A stretch of 64,000 bases of DNA from the human T2T-CHM13v2.0 reference genome, Homo sapiens: NCBI RefSeq assembly GCF_009914755.1, contig NC_060926.1. One strand, 5' to 3'. A model generated the notes under the pieces. The model ran no database searches, was not told the DNA's origin, and saw only the letters and a list, made by a program, of their open reading frames with translations. Position numbers and translations under genes: made by a program. Shown here in pieces: positions 29,903 to 42,200 of this stretch (within the stretch, counting starts at the first letter, position 1; every line of letters starts with the position of its first letter).

Positions 29903-30368
29903 TGATACAGGACAGAGGAGCTCTAAAATATGGGCTTGGCCCAGGAAAAAGTTTAAGGGTGAGCTGGTGGTGCTGTACAGCAACTTTTATTGAAGCAGTT
30001 GTGTACAGCAGCAGCAGAGGTACTGCTCCTCGTGGAGCAGGGCTACCCCTTAGGCAGTGTGCCCAGAGTAGCAGCTCAAAGGCAGATGTGTAGTCATATT
30101 TATACCCATTTATAATTACATACAAATTAAGGGGCAGATTATGTAGAAATTTCTAGGAAAAGGGTGGTAACTTCTGGGTCTTTAGGTTATTGCCATGGAA
30201 AGGGGTGGTAACTTCAGGGTGTTGCCATGGCAATGGTAAACTGACAGGTCACACTGGTGGGCGTGTCTTATGGGTGGCGGCTTCTGTCCTGGACCTGTTT
30301 TAGCTAGTCCTCAATTTGGTTCAGTGTTAAAGCCCTGCCTCTGGAGTCCAGTCCCGCCTCCTACCTCA
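29903..30368 (-). mobile_element. ERV1 solo LTR, MER66-like
   Basis: On the minus strand starts TGAGGTAGGAGGCGGGACT and ends CCTGTATCA; TATAAAT at 30104-30098; AATAAA at 29991-29986; 4-bp TSD ctgt/ctgc. Confidence 0.8.
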
Positions 30369-30654
30369 CTGCAAAATGAAAGCTCAGGCTCACCCTATTT
30401 GCCAAACGATGTTAGGACAAAAGCTCGCTTCAGTGCCGCTTATATCCGAATTCCTATTTCCACCTAATTTGGGGCTTAACTTCTTGTCTGCTCCCTGACA
30501 TATGTAAAAAAAATCCAGAATTTAAAAAAAAAAAAACCCATCCAACATTTTTAGTCATTTTCAATTAGTGCGTCACTCAGATATTTATCCACCATTTTAC
30601 TGGAAGAGGTGGTTACTGATTCCTGGTTCTGTAGTTTCAGTTTATATACAATTT

Positions 30655-30895
30655 CCCCTCAAAAGCTTCCCTGACCTTCCTTTCCAAGGTGCTCCCATAG
30701 CCTTCAGCACATACCCTTATCTTAGTATTTACCACATGGCATTGTAATTTCTAGTTCGTCCATCTTCCTGGGACACTGGAAACATTGAGAAAGCATGAGT
30801 CATGACTGTCTTGTTATTCATTATATTTCCAAGGATAATTAAAGTGGTTTCTGATACTTAGGAAGCATTGACTAAATATTTGAATTAATAAATGC
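30655..30895 (+). mobile_element. L2 3' fragment
   Basis: 'gctcccatagcc...tttaccacatggcattgtaatt...taaatatttgaattaataaatg'. Confidence 0.55.
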
Positions 30896-31879
30896 ACATA
30901 TGAATTAACTTCTTTCTTCCACCTGCCTTATCTTCCTTTGAGTGGTTCCTGGACATTTTCTGGGATTTTCTTTTAAGACTGTCAGTTTTACAACAGCCTG
31001 GCCTTTAGGTAATATGGTGGTATAACAGGAAATACAATTTACTTGATAAATATTAAGTAAATGAATACATGTTTAATATGTACTTTTGAAATCAACAGCT
31101 TGCCCCGTGTAATATAATTATTGGTTAAACAATTTTCAGATGGTCTTTGAAATACTTTATGAATATTGAGACAATTGGTTAACTAACACTTAAATGAAAT
31201 GATATGGTCAAATACTTTAGAGGAATGTAAAGAAAATTAAGATGTATCTTACTTGCCCTAAATCTCAACTTTTATTGTGCCATGGAGACTTCAAAAACCA
31301 TGTTTTTAAGCTGGGGTAGTAGATGTCCTTCCCCATGGCTAACAACCTATTCAGAAACATATCATCATCATCTTACCTGCTACTGATCAGACTTGTCATT
31401 GTCTATCTGTTTTATGACTTGTTGCTGTCCCCCTTCCTTGTTAGGGCTTCAGCTTCTAACCTGGCCCTCTGAGTACAAGAGGTTGTGAGGAAAGTTCCAC
31501 CAAGCCATATTATTCATCCTCTGGTGAATGCTGTTTCTTCAGAGGATTAAAGACCAGAATGTCCTGATTAAACACTTAATTAGACATAATAAAAAATATT
31601 GCCAGTTTTAAATAATTGAGTCCCTCATTAGTGTAATATGCTAATGACAGAACCCTGAGAAAAGGAAATGGAACAAAATTTACCCTCTGAGAAAATGGGT
31701 TGAAATTAGATTTTTACACTAAGATTTTTCAGAGTAAATTACCAGCTCCCAATAGATAAGAGCTGTCTAACTAGTATTTCATTCACTGCTTGGACCTCTA
31801 ATGGCTAAACATTTTGCAAATGAGGGCACTTGGGTTTGGCCTTTTTGGTTATTTGCTGTTAGAAACTGCTATAGACTAT

Positions 31880-32172
31880 GAGATACAATGGAAAGAGCCT
31901 CCTGCACTGACAGCCAGGTGATCTGTGTGCAAATCACAGCTATCACTTCCCTATTGTGACTTGGTAAGCCCCCTTAATCTCTTTGAGTCTCCACTTATCT
32001 TTCTGTTAAGATGAAGCCTGCAACTGTTTGTATCCTAGACAAATTTTTATCTTCAATAACATAATTCTGCTTACTGAGAACTAGGCACTCAGTATATATT
32101 TACTGAATTAATAAAACAAGAGTTGGATTAGGTAGTAATTCAAGTAACTTTCAATTCCAAAACTACATGATT
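31880..32172 (+). mobile_element. MIR/MIR3 fragment(s)
   Basis: 'atacaatggaaagagc...tgtgacttggtaagcccccttaatctctttgagtctcca' and a 3' end 'ttggattagg...ttccaaaactacatgatt'. Confidence 0.55.
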
Positions 32173-32251
32173 TCCTCTATTCATCTTTTTGCCATTTTTG
32201 GCAAAAATTGTTCTCCGCAAAATGACTCTTGAGTCCTGTGCACCAGTGATT

Positions 32252-32332
32252 GATAGGTAGATGGATGGATGGATGGATGGATGATGGATGGATGGATGGA
32301 TGGATGGATAGATGGAGAGATAGATAGAGATA
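32252..32332. repeat. Compound (GATG)n/(GATA)n tetranucleotide STR
   Basis: gatggatggatgg...gatgatggatgg...gatagatagaga. Confidence 0.95.
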
Positions 32333-32954
32333 TAAAATTCTGATTCAGCACCAAATGTAGTCTCTACATGTAGGAAATAACTTCTTAATTGTATCCATCA
32401 TCTGGAATATTACATGAGAAAATTTAGCGGTACTGACTTAGATCATAGTCTTATTCTTTGCCATCATCCAACATGAGAGATGTAAGAAAATGAAGAACAA
32501 GATGGCAAGAAGAGTGGATTGTGTAGTTGTCTATGCATTGACATGGTTCATGAAATATTGTTTTATATATATAAATAAATAAAGCAGGTTGTGGAAAATA
32601 TACTCCCATTTTTGTAAGAAATAGAAATAATTGTAATCCTACATGCCTGATCTATGTGCCTGGTGGGGAGAGTATAAGTTTGTATGATCTTATAAAAAAG
32701 GCATAATTGACTACTTAAATTGTTAACACCTGTTTCCAGGGGTGCAATGGTGGGTAAGTGTTTGAGTGGCGAGAGTAGGAAGGAAGTTTGGAAGGAAGGA
32801 GATCGTTGGCTTCTTCTTTGTCCACTTATGTATTGTTTGGCTTGTTTTTAAATATAGTTTGCATCAAATTACCTTTGTAAACTAAAATGTGTGTAACACA
32901 TGGTTGATACCCAAATTTAACTTGTTCTGCCAACTTTCCAAATATTTGAAAATT

Positions 32955-33427
32955 CAGGCAAAGTCTTTAAAGCAGCCTTCAATGTCTTTCATATTCTGAC
33001 TGCTCATTAGCTCTGTGTCCTCATCTCCTTTGAATCTCTCCCTTGTTTGCACTTTTCCAACCACCCGGTCCTCCCTGACATTCCTTAAACATATGAAGCT
33101 TGCTTCCACTATGGACCCTTTGCACTGGCTGTTTCCTCCTCCTGACATATTCTTCCTCCAGATATATATGTGGCTCTTTCCTTCACGTCTTTTAGGTTTC
33201 TGTTCGAATGTCACCTTCTGGACCATTATATATTATCTCGCTCTTCCTTGGCACTCTTTAGCCTGTTTTACTATTTTTTTTCCATAACACTAATTACTAT
33301 CTGATAAACTATATATTTATTTGTCTATTTGCTTACTATATGATCTACTTATAATGCAAGGTTTCCCAGTACCTAGAATGGTGGTGCCTGACATACAGAT
33401 GACACAATTGACATAATTAATGAATAC
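32955..33427 (+). mobile_element. L2a 3' fragment
   Basis: 'ggaccctttgcactggctgtttcctc...ttcctccagatatatatgtggctc...tttcccagtacctagaatggtggtgcctgacata'. Confidence 0.85.
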
Positions 33428-33902
33428 AAAGGCAAATAAGGCAAATGCAGCTCATCCTGTGGAGCAGTCTAGTGCCATTTGAGGTGTATATGCTGACCTA
33501 TACAGTTGACTTAAGTTTTTTCAAGGAGGGAATAGAAACATATAGTGCTAAACCCAGATTTCCTTCTGCCCCTACCTCTCAAGCTTTAGTGACATCATGC
33601 TCCCAATATCTGGTACCATCATGCAGGTTACTCTGCAGATCTGAAATATCACTTTTACTCTTTTACTTGGTACTATTCAGAATTTTCTGGATCCACCACC
33701 AGACAGAATCAGACTCAGCAAAATCATGCCTTTAGGTCTTGCCTAATCACTGAACGTGTATATTTATTTGACATTTCCAACTAGGTCATCTCAATACTGT
33801 CTTAACACATCTGATCTGAGGTGTAGACCATTCAAAAGGCAAAGTGAGCAGTCTATTCTCACTCCTGGATTCTTCATTAAAATATTATATTCCCAGCATT
33901 TC

Positions 33903-34442
33903 TGTGTCAAAAGGTAAGAATGCTTCATTTATTATAAAACACAATTCATTTGGCTTAAACAATATGGAGATTTATTGGCTCTCAGAACTGAACAGTCTCA
34001 AGGAAAGGCAGCTTCCTGATTCACTGATCCAGCATCTCAGTCATATCTCCAGAGACCCAATTTCTTTTTATCTTTCTGCTCAGCAGTCCTCAATATGAGC
34101 TCCATCCTAACATCTGCTCTCCTTGTGGTAGTAGGATAAATGCCTGACATAGTCAGGGATGCAAGCATCTTTGTTCAGTAGGATACATTCCTTTTGCCCC
34201 AGTATTATGATAGCACTGAGATACACACTCATCACACTGGCATGGGGCATATGTCCTCTCCAGAAACAATGGCCGTAACTGGTGGAATGTGCTGATCAGG
34301 TAGGTTAAGCCAATCTGGGCCCACCCCTAGAGCTGGAAGTGGGATCAGGTTACTCTAAAGTCTATTGGTAGAATAGAGGAGGAGAGAAGAGAATTCACCA
34401 GTGAAAGTCAGGATACTCTGAGAACAACAAATGCCCACTACA
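33903..34442 (-). mobile_element. MaLR solo LTR, MLT1K-like
   Basis: 'tggcttaaacaatatggagatttattggctc' and 'cccacccctagagctggaagtggg...caacaaatgcccactaca'. Confidence 0.7.
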
Positions 34443-34977
34443 GGTACCATGACAGAGAAAGATGTGAGTGCTGAAGAGGACTGCTCATTTTTCATGGGCT
34501 TCAGAAAGTGAAGGGGAGAGAAGCCATTGCCATAAATGTTTGTATTTCCAATGTCCTAAATGTCTCTCTAAAGCATATTTGTGGCTTGAAAAACACATGG
34601 AATCCAGAAGAATTAAGTCTAACTGCTGTGACTTGTTAATGCATAGCAGTCTCTTTCAGCCAATAACTCGCCTCTACAAAAAGGCCAAAAAGACTGTCCA
34701 AGACAAAGAGCAATGCCGGAAAAATTAAGGTTCTCTTCTCCTCCTGTACCTAGCTTGGAAACTGGAGGGCAAATCCATTAACACAATAAAAGTTATACTT
34801 CCTTTTGTTAGCAATTCTTGTCCCACTTTAGCATTAGTAACACCTTCTACCTAAAGGCCAACAATATCTATATCCCATTCTTTTGGGGATAGTCTACCCT
34901 GTCACTTGAGGAAGTGCTAATAAAGTTCCAAGAATCAAAGAAAATGCTCCATGCAAATTGATGGCATTTTTACAAAC

Positions 34978-35580
34978 TTTTTCTTATTGTGAAATTTTAA
35001 GCAAAGAATAATACAATGAACTGCCATGTATCCATCATCCAGCTTCAACTATAACCATATCATGGCTAATTCCAGTTCCAGCCACTTCCTCCTACTATAT
35101 TATTTTGAAGCAAATTATTTTGGAAATTCCAATTCCAGCCATTTCTTCCTCCTATATGTATCTCATATATCTCAAAAAGATAATGAATCTTAAAAACATT
35201 ATTATCACAGCTTAAAAGTTAACAATATTTCATCAGCAATTATCAACTATCTAGTCAGTACTCACATTCAATTATCTCACAAATGTCATAATTTAAAAAT
35301 TTGTTTCTTTGAATTAGGATGCAAATGGCATCCACATAATCAATTCATTCAATTCATTCGTAAGTATTTGAAGTCTCTTTTAACCTATGAATTTCATCTC
35401 ATCTCTCTTTTTTCTTTCTTATAACATTTTTATTGAAGTAGCCAGGTAATATGCCCTGTAGATTTTTCCACAGTTTGGATGTTGCAATTGTATCTCCGTG
35501 TAATAGTTTAACACTTTCTTCTTTTCTCTCTTATAAATTGATAGCTGGATCTAGAAGCTTCATCAGATTTAGGTATGGAC
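34978..35580 (-). mobile_element. L1MC4/5-like 3'UTR fragment
   Basis: 'aatacaatgaactgccatgtatccatcatccagcttcaac' and 'gatctagaagcttcatcagatttagg'. Confidence 0.65.
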
Positions 35581-37254
35581 GTTATTTTGAAGCATCAGTC
35601 AAGGAAGCATATTCATATATCTTCCCCCACCTTAGATACATATATTTCAAAGTGTCTGGGAAATTCCAACCTGCAGGGAGGTTCCATTTCATTTATACAA
35701 ATAAATAATCTAAACAAAGTGAGTTCACATGGCAGGGTGTTATTTTGAAATTCACATAAGCTAACATTTCCAAGTTGAAGAAAATGAAATGCACAAGCGT
35801 AGATCTATAAGCACAGACACTGTGCTCTCATTTGTAATAATGCAGACAGGTTCCTGGATACTTTCTTGATCAACATTCTTCATCCCACGCTCTTGAAAGT
35901 CCCACATGAACAGAGCTGGCTAAAAATGTAACTCTTCGTTCAAGGTCTCTATTTTCTTCATTCCCTATCTTCTAGGACACTCATTTTCTCATACTTGTCA
36001 TACCTGACATAGCTCCCCTGCAGCAAACTCAACTACAAACAATCTTGGAAGACACATCCTTTGAACAAAATTTGATGTAAATCAATATAAATTACAAAGT
36101 GAAGATATTAGAAAAGATGGCCCTTCATTATAGGAGCTCTGTGCTGCTTTCTAGGCTGAATCCCAAGAAATTATACCAGCACCATGCTGTCAAATCTTAA
36201 GCAATGGTGTGCCAAAATCCAGAATAAAGCACAGACTACGAATGCTTGCTTAGAGATTATTTGATCTGTTCCTCTTGTTTTTCAAAAGGTCAGAGAAGTT
36301 AGTAGCTTGCAATTAATACATGGCCAAATCTAAAATCTAGTTTCCTGATTTCAATCCGTGTCTTTCTGTACTGTCTCTCTACTAAAAGGTTAACAATATC
36401 TCAACTCACCAGCCACAAATCTATATGACCTTAAACCTTCCCATCATCATCCATGAGCTGGACCCTAAGGAGAGATCTCTTTGGAATTAGGCAGAGAACA
36501 ATCTTCCACACTCCTACTCTCATTAACTGGGACTACTGCGCACTCTTCCTCTCCGGAAGGGGGAAAGGCCATCTTTCTCTTCCACTAAGGCTCCGGCAGA
36601 AGTGACAATGTCATCCTCTCCCTCTTGCCTCTTATACAGTTTGCAGGTCAAGCAGTTCCCTCTGTACATCATTCATTTCCCTCCTTTTTTGCTCAAAGCC
36701 CTGCTCATATCTAGATTATTCTATCCATGAGTTCTCCTTGCTCACTTCTTAGTGCCACTAAAGCAATCTTTTACATGTGCTTATATGAAGGGCATGCTTC
36801 AGTTATTCATAATCTTCTAAGGACAACTACCATCTGTGCAGCCCAACTGCAAACTCTTGACCCTGCTTTTCAATGCTGTTCATTAGTTCAGTCTCCCATA
36901 CTAATCTCACTCTCTGTGCTACTGGTTTAACCTTTTGATTATATTTTTACTTCCTTCTCATAGCATTTTTCTCCAACCCTCTTAACACACTTTCCTGAAC
37001 CTACATATCACATGCAGAGAATATTTTACAAATTAGACCAAGTCTTCTTTTTTCTGAGAAAAATTCTGCACTTGAAATGCAAATTCCGACTTTCTTGATT
37101 GACCCAACCACCCCAGCCCCAGCCAGACACTCATGAAAGACCCTGTGATAAGTGCATATGGTATGGTCTCCACATACAAGCTTACCTGGCTAAATTAACA
37201 CCTCTTACAGAAACATTTTCACTGTGAAAAAATTATTCAACTTTTTGTAAATTA

Positions 37255-37400
37255 TAATCTATTGATTAATATTTGTTGAATATTTATTAAATACTAATAC
37301 TACATGTAAGGCACTACTCCAAATAATATGGTATTTATACCAATGCACAAAACACAGTCTTTTCCTTGAAGACCATTATATTCTAGTTGAAAAAACAAAA
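37255..37400 (-). mobile_element. L2 3' fragment
   Basis: 'aatatttattaaatactaatactacatgtaaggcactact...acagtctttcc...ttatattctagttg'. Confidence 0.5.
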
Positions 37401-37655
37401 TATGCACATTTGTAAAGATGGCTAAAAGCCAAAAAAAAGATAATTGCAAATGAAAAATTATTAATAACCAGATAGTGACTACTATGGGGAATTCAGAAGA
37501 AGACAGATCATGGATGGAGGAAGAGAATTTAGTCCTTGGAGCTTGGAGTTACAGGTAAAATTTGTAAGGAATAGAGAGGGGATCAGAATTAGCTAGGGCA
37601 TGAACATAGAATACAAGTTATTAGCAGATACGAACCACTTTTAATCTTTAGTGTG

Positions 37656-38020
37656 TGTCTTAGTCCATTTGGGCTGCTGTTATGAAAAACCTTAAACTGG
37701 GAGGCATATAAACAAGAGAAATTTGTTTTTCACATTCTGCAGGCTGGAAACTCCAAGTTCAAGGCATTGGCAGATTCGGTGTATGGTGAAGTCTCACTTT
37801 CTGGTTCATAGATGGTGCCTTCGTGCTGTGTTCTCACATGGCCAACAGAGAGAACAAGCTCTCTGGAATCTCTCTTATAAGGACACTAGTACCTATTCAT
37901 GAGGGCTGTACTCTCATGACCTAATCACGTCCCAAAGCCCCACCTCCTACTACCATCACCTTGAGGGTTAGGATTTCAACATACAAATTATAAGGGAAAA
38001 TAAACATTTACTTCACTGCA
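37656..38020 (-). mobile_element. MaLR solo LTR, MLT1A/MST-like
   Basis: 'tgtcttagtccatttgggctgct' and 'ctcatgacctaatcacgtcccaaagccccacctcct...gttaggatttcaacata'. Confidence 0.85.
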
Positions 38021-38130
38021 ATAGGCTTCTACACAGAACCACAACTGCTGACTCTAAATATGGTAAAAATGATGTTAATGACAGTTCTAATGATGGTGGT
38101 GTGAGGAAGGTGGGGATATTGTTGGTGCTG

Positions 38131-38198
38131 ACAAATTACAAAATTGTACAAAAAACACAAATTTGTACAAAAAAATTACAAAATTGTACAAAAAAATA
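38131..38198. repeat. Short tandem repeat, 3 x ~22 bp
   Basis: Unit acaaa[a/t]ttgtacaaaaaa occurs three times. Confidence 0.8.
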
Positions 38199-38659
38199 TA
38201 CTTTATAAAAGAAGCCTTTTTTTTTTTTTTACTAGCCTGGCCTTGATTTCTATCCATTACTATAAAACATTCTCTATCATTCCAATACTAGTTTTGATAG
38301 CAATGCTGTGGTTGACTATATTTTTCTTGCTTTATATCAATGGCTTAATGAATTCATTTTTTCAGTGTAACAGAAGCAAAGCTTGTGTACTGATGTTAAT
38401 TTGATCTGGCTAGAGTCTTGTCAATATATTTTTGTTGAAGGCTAATCCATGCAGCTCAGAGGCGAAGTACAAATAATTGATTGCTTTCTTTGGAGTTTGC
38501 TTTCCATTAGTTGCTGGTCCTCAAGTTTCACTCCCATAAGCTTGGCTTTCAGACTGATGATAACAAAAGTCTAACCTTACTGAAAAAGCAGGGTACGTAT
38601 ATATAACCAATATTAATATTATGTTGAGAATGCATTTATACATCTAAACTCACAGGAGC

Positions 38660-38703
38660 GCACCCACACACCCACGTACACACACACACACACACACACA
38701 CAC
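38660..38703. repeat. (CA)n microsatellite
   Basis: cacccacacacccacgtacacacacacacacacacacacac. Confidence 0.9.
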
Positions 38704-41059
38704 CCCACTTACTTTATGTGAAAGACCCTGCCATTTTATTCTCAAGCTTAGGAAAATTGAAGACATAAAAGCAAGCATGTTCTCAGTTCCACTCAGTGGA
38801 GGTCTGAGCTAAAACAACGCCTGGAAAGCAAATGCAGTGACCTTTAAAAGAATCGAGAAGAAGCTATTTCCAGCACATTACTAAATGCTATATTTTAAAG
38901 GTTCTAACCTTATTTGCTACAAGTGTATAATATCAGGAAACCCTTGTGAGGGAAGGGTCTGCATTCATCACATGGCACAAATCACTTACAGAAGAGATGG
39001 GGAAAGTTATTACTTTGTAACTTGCAGACACCAAAGTTCAACCCAGCTCCTTTTGTGGTTTGCTGCATTAAATAAGGTTCAGGGATCATTTGAAGAATTA
39101 CAGACTTCTTGACCTAACAAAAATATAAAGTTTTCTGCAAATAACAACAACTATATCATCATGCAGAGCCATTTATGACACTAACACACACACACTACAC
39201 CTTTTCCAGTCCTCGCCAGCTGGCAAAACTGATCCTTGATGTGTCTATGATGTTAACTTTATTTATTCTTCCAGTTGATTAATAGTAGCAATTGATCTAT
39301 AAGATGCAGCATCACATAAAGAATGGGTAGGGGGAAGAAAACTACTGATTGAAAAAAGAATCCTAAAATACAGTGTTTGAAGCTGAAGTTAGACTCCACT
39401 ATGAAGCTCTGGAGAGCTATTAGCAAAAAAAAAAAAAAAAAGGAATTATAATAATACTGATTATTTTAACATTTACTAGAGTCCTTAGATAGATAGATAC
39501 ATATATAGACAGATATATAAATAGATAGATTAATAGATCAACATATCTTGATAATACTTATAGCTTTCCATTTGTCTATTGCTTTGCAAACATTGGCATT
39601 TGGCTACACGTTTGTATTCTCAACCACATTATATTTTATAGATTGAAAGTAAAGATTTCTAGTAGATCAGCTTCAGTGAATCCTTTTCCCACTGCAGTTG
39701 CATAATCCACATCTATATTGAAATGAGTTGCCAATTATCTCATGGATATAGGATTTAAAAATCATTTAAGCAAATAAAACATCATGTGGGGGACTTATGT
39801 GGTCACCCCTTTGCCATCCAGCTCACCTTTATGCCAAGTGGGGTGGTCAAAACATTTGTAAACAACTCCGGTTATCTAAGAATTTACTGGCTTTTGTGAT
39901 GATCTGACTATTTTTCTTTCTTTTTAATGGTGGACTGGAGAATCCCCTTCAACCTACTTAGCCTAAAATTGTTTGTTGCTGCTTACTGGTTTTCCATACT
40001 TAGAGTTAAAAGACTGAGGCCACAAGCAGAAAACAACTAGGTAAGGCCTATGACATCATGTGTTTTCAGAAGAGGAATAGTTCTCTTAATCAGGACTCTA
40101 TCCTGGTGAGAAAATAATTGTGTGAGGGTTTTGAAATCTCTTATAAACCAAAGCCCTAGCTAAAAGAAACTTATAAGTACATTGAACAATAATCAAAGTC
40201 AGACAAGGAAAAGAAACCAAACAGTTAAATGTGCCATGAAAACTGAGAGATGAGTTCCATCTCACAAATAAGGACAGGAAAAGCTGAGAAACTCAAAAAT
40301 AAGAAATTAAATCAAGAAGTCATTAAACCTAAAGATCTTACCAAGAGTTCCCTTGTGACTTGGGCCATCACAGCTCCAAAATGTCCTTGACTGAGTTACA
40401 GGAAAACTAAGGTCTGTCTGACTTTTAATAGCACTATGAGCATTCCAAAGTGTGTTTTAGGCTACTCTTGTTAAGATTCTCTAAAGTGAAACAAAATACA
40501 CATTGATTTTCAGTATGGAGATAACAGTATTACTGTAAGTCAAAAGTCAAAAAGTATTTCCCCAAAACAATTCCTGTAGTGTGAGATATAATAAAAACAA
40601 ATCTAGGGAGGCTTAAGCCCGTGAAGTCTCTCACACTGGCCCATCCTAAATTATTTTGGGTTGCTCAGTCTGGGTACCATTTCTACTTTGTTCCGCTGTC
40701 ATCTCTAGAGGAAGCTCCATGCATAAGATGGTTTTATTTAATCCCAACTCAATAAAGATAATCAAAAGTGTCAATATTAAGGAAGACACAAGATATGTGT
40801 TGGGCTTCCCCTTATATTCTCCTTTGGCAAAATAGGTCACTGGGTTTACCAAGGGAGACAAGAATGTAGTGTTTTCAGTTGAATTTCAGGTTCCTAAAGC
40901 TTCAGTGGAAGGATGTGTTCATTTATCAATCTATAAACATGCTCGATGTGAGCATGTAGGGATACCCAACGAATACATCATTTCTAGGTTTTGGATGGAT
41001 CTCATGCCTCCATTCCCATCATCTCTCTGCTCTATTATCCTCTATAAGAATAATGGCTT

Positions 41060-41290
41060 TTACTGAGTGCTTCTAGCGTGTCAGGTACTATTCTTAACAC
41101 TTGGTATAAAAACACTCATTTGATCTTCCAAGTAATCCTTGGCCTTAGGGCTATTACTGTTCCCATTCCCCCACTAAGAAAAGTAAAGTAGAGAGAGGCT
41201 GAAGGACTTTCCAAGGTCACATAGCCAGTGAGTCATAGAGCTGGGACTTGAATGCAGTTATTGATTCCAGGATATCGACTACCTCACATA
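41060..41290 (-). mobile_element. MIR
   Basis: 'tttactgagtgcttctagcgtgtcaggtact...ccaaggtcacatagccagtgagtcatagagctgggacttgaa'. Confidence 0.8.
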
Positions 41291-41380
41291 GTTTTTAAGG
41301 ATTCCTGACACATAGTACCAAATAAATGTTTGCTATTATTTATAATTATTTATTAATTATTATTTATTATACTACTATTA

Positions 41381-41619
41381 CAGGTTGAGTATCTTAATCC
41401 AAAAATGTGAAACCTGAAATGCTCCAATTTCTGAAACTTCCTGAGCATTGATATGAAACTCAAAGGAAATGCTCATTGGAGCATTTCAGATTTTGGATTT
41501 TCAGATTAGAGATGCTGAACCAGTAAGTATATGTCATGAAAATATTCCAATATCTAAAAATATCCAAAATTTGAAATACTTCTGGTCCCAAGCATTTTGG
41601 ATAAGCAATATTCAATATG
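41381..41619. mobile_element. Tigger4a/MER46A-like DNA transposon
   Basis: Terminal inverted repeats caggttgagtatcttaatccaaaa ... ttttggataagcaatattcaatatg, flanked by TA. Confidence 0.85.
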
Positions 41620-41776
41620 TATTATCCTACTTTTTATCCACTAGGTTTTTACATACTATCTTAAAGATTCTGACATATATTCACCGTAGTCTTTTCTTGG
41701 CCTGTCTTTCCAAAATACTTTGGAATTTGACATGATACAAATATACAATATTTAGTCTAGTTGACAAGTAACCGGC

Positions 41777-42200
41777 TATAATGGTTAATTTCATATGTCA
41801 ACTTATGTGGGCCACAGGGCCCAGATATTTGGTCAAACAGAGATACTCTGGATATCTCTGTGAGGGTGTTCTTCTGATGAAATTAACATTTAAACCAGTG
41901 GACTTTCAGTAAAGCAGATTGCCACTCACAGATAATGTGAGTGGCCCTCCTCCAATCAGTTGAAGATCTGAATAGAACAAAGACTGACCTCCCTTGAGAA
42001 AGAAGGAATTCTGCCAGAAGTTGGCCTTTGGACCTGAGCTGCAACATCAGTTCCTCTCTGGGTTCCCAGCCTGCCAGCCCACCCTGCAGACTGTGGACTC
42101 ACTAGCTTCACATGATTACATGAGACCAACCTTTACATCTCTCTACATATTTATATATGTCCTATTGGTTCTGTTTCTCTGCAGAACCTTGACCAACACA
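41777..42200 (+). mobile_element. ERVL solo LTR, MLT2D-like
   Basis: 'tataatggttaatttcatatgtcaactt...cccagatatttggtcaaac' and end 'cctattggttctgtttctctgcagaaccttgaccaacaca'. Confidence 0.85.

Noticed and set aside
35068-35157. ~33-bp local duplication (aattcca.ttccagcca...cct...tatat twice)
   Set aside because: Small duplication inside an L1MC relic with no sign of function.
38131-38198. CRISPR-like repeat array
   Set aside because: Head-to-tail repeats with no unique spacers, in primate DNA.
38511-38592. Plus-strand 82-nt exon-like segment with an open frame
   Set aside because: Moderate splice sites and an unrecognised peptide; not distinguishable from chance.
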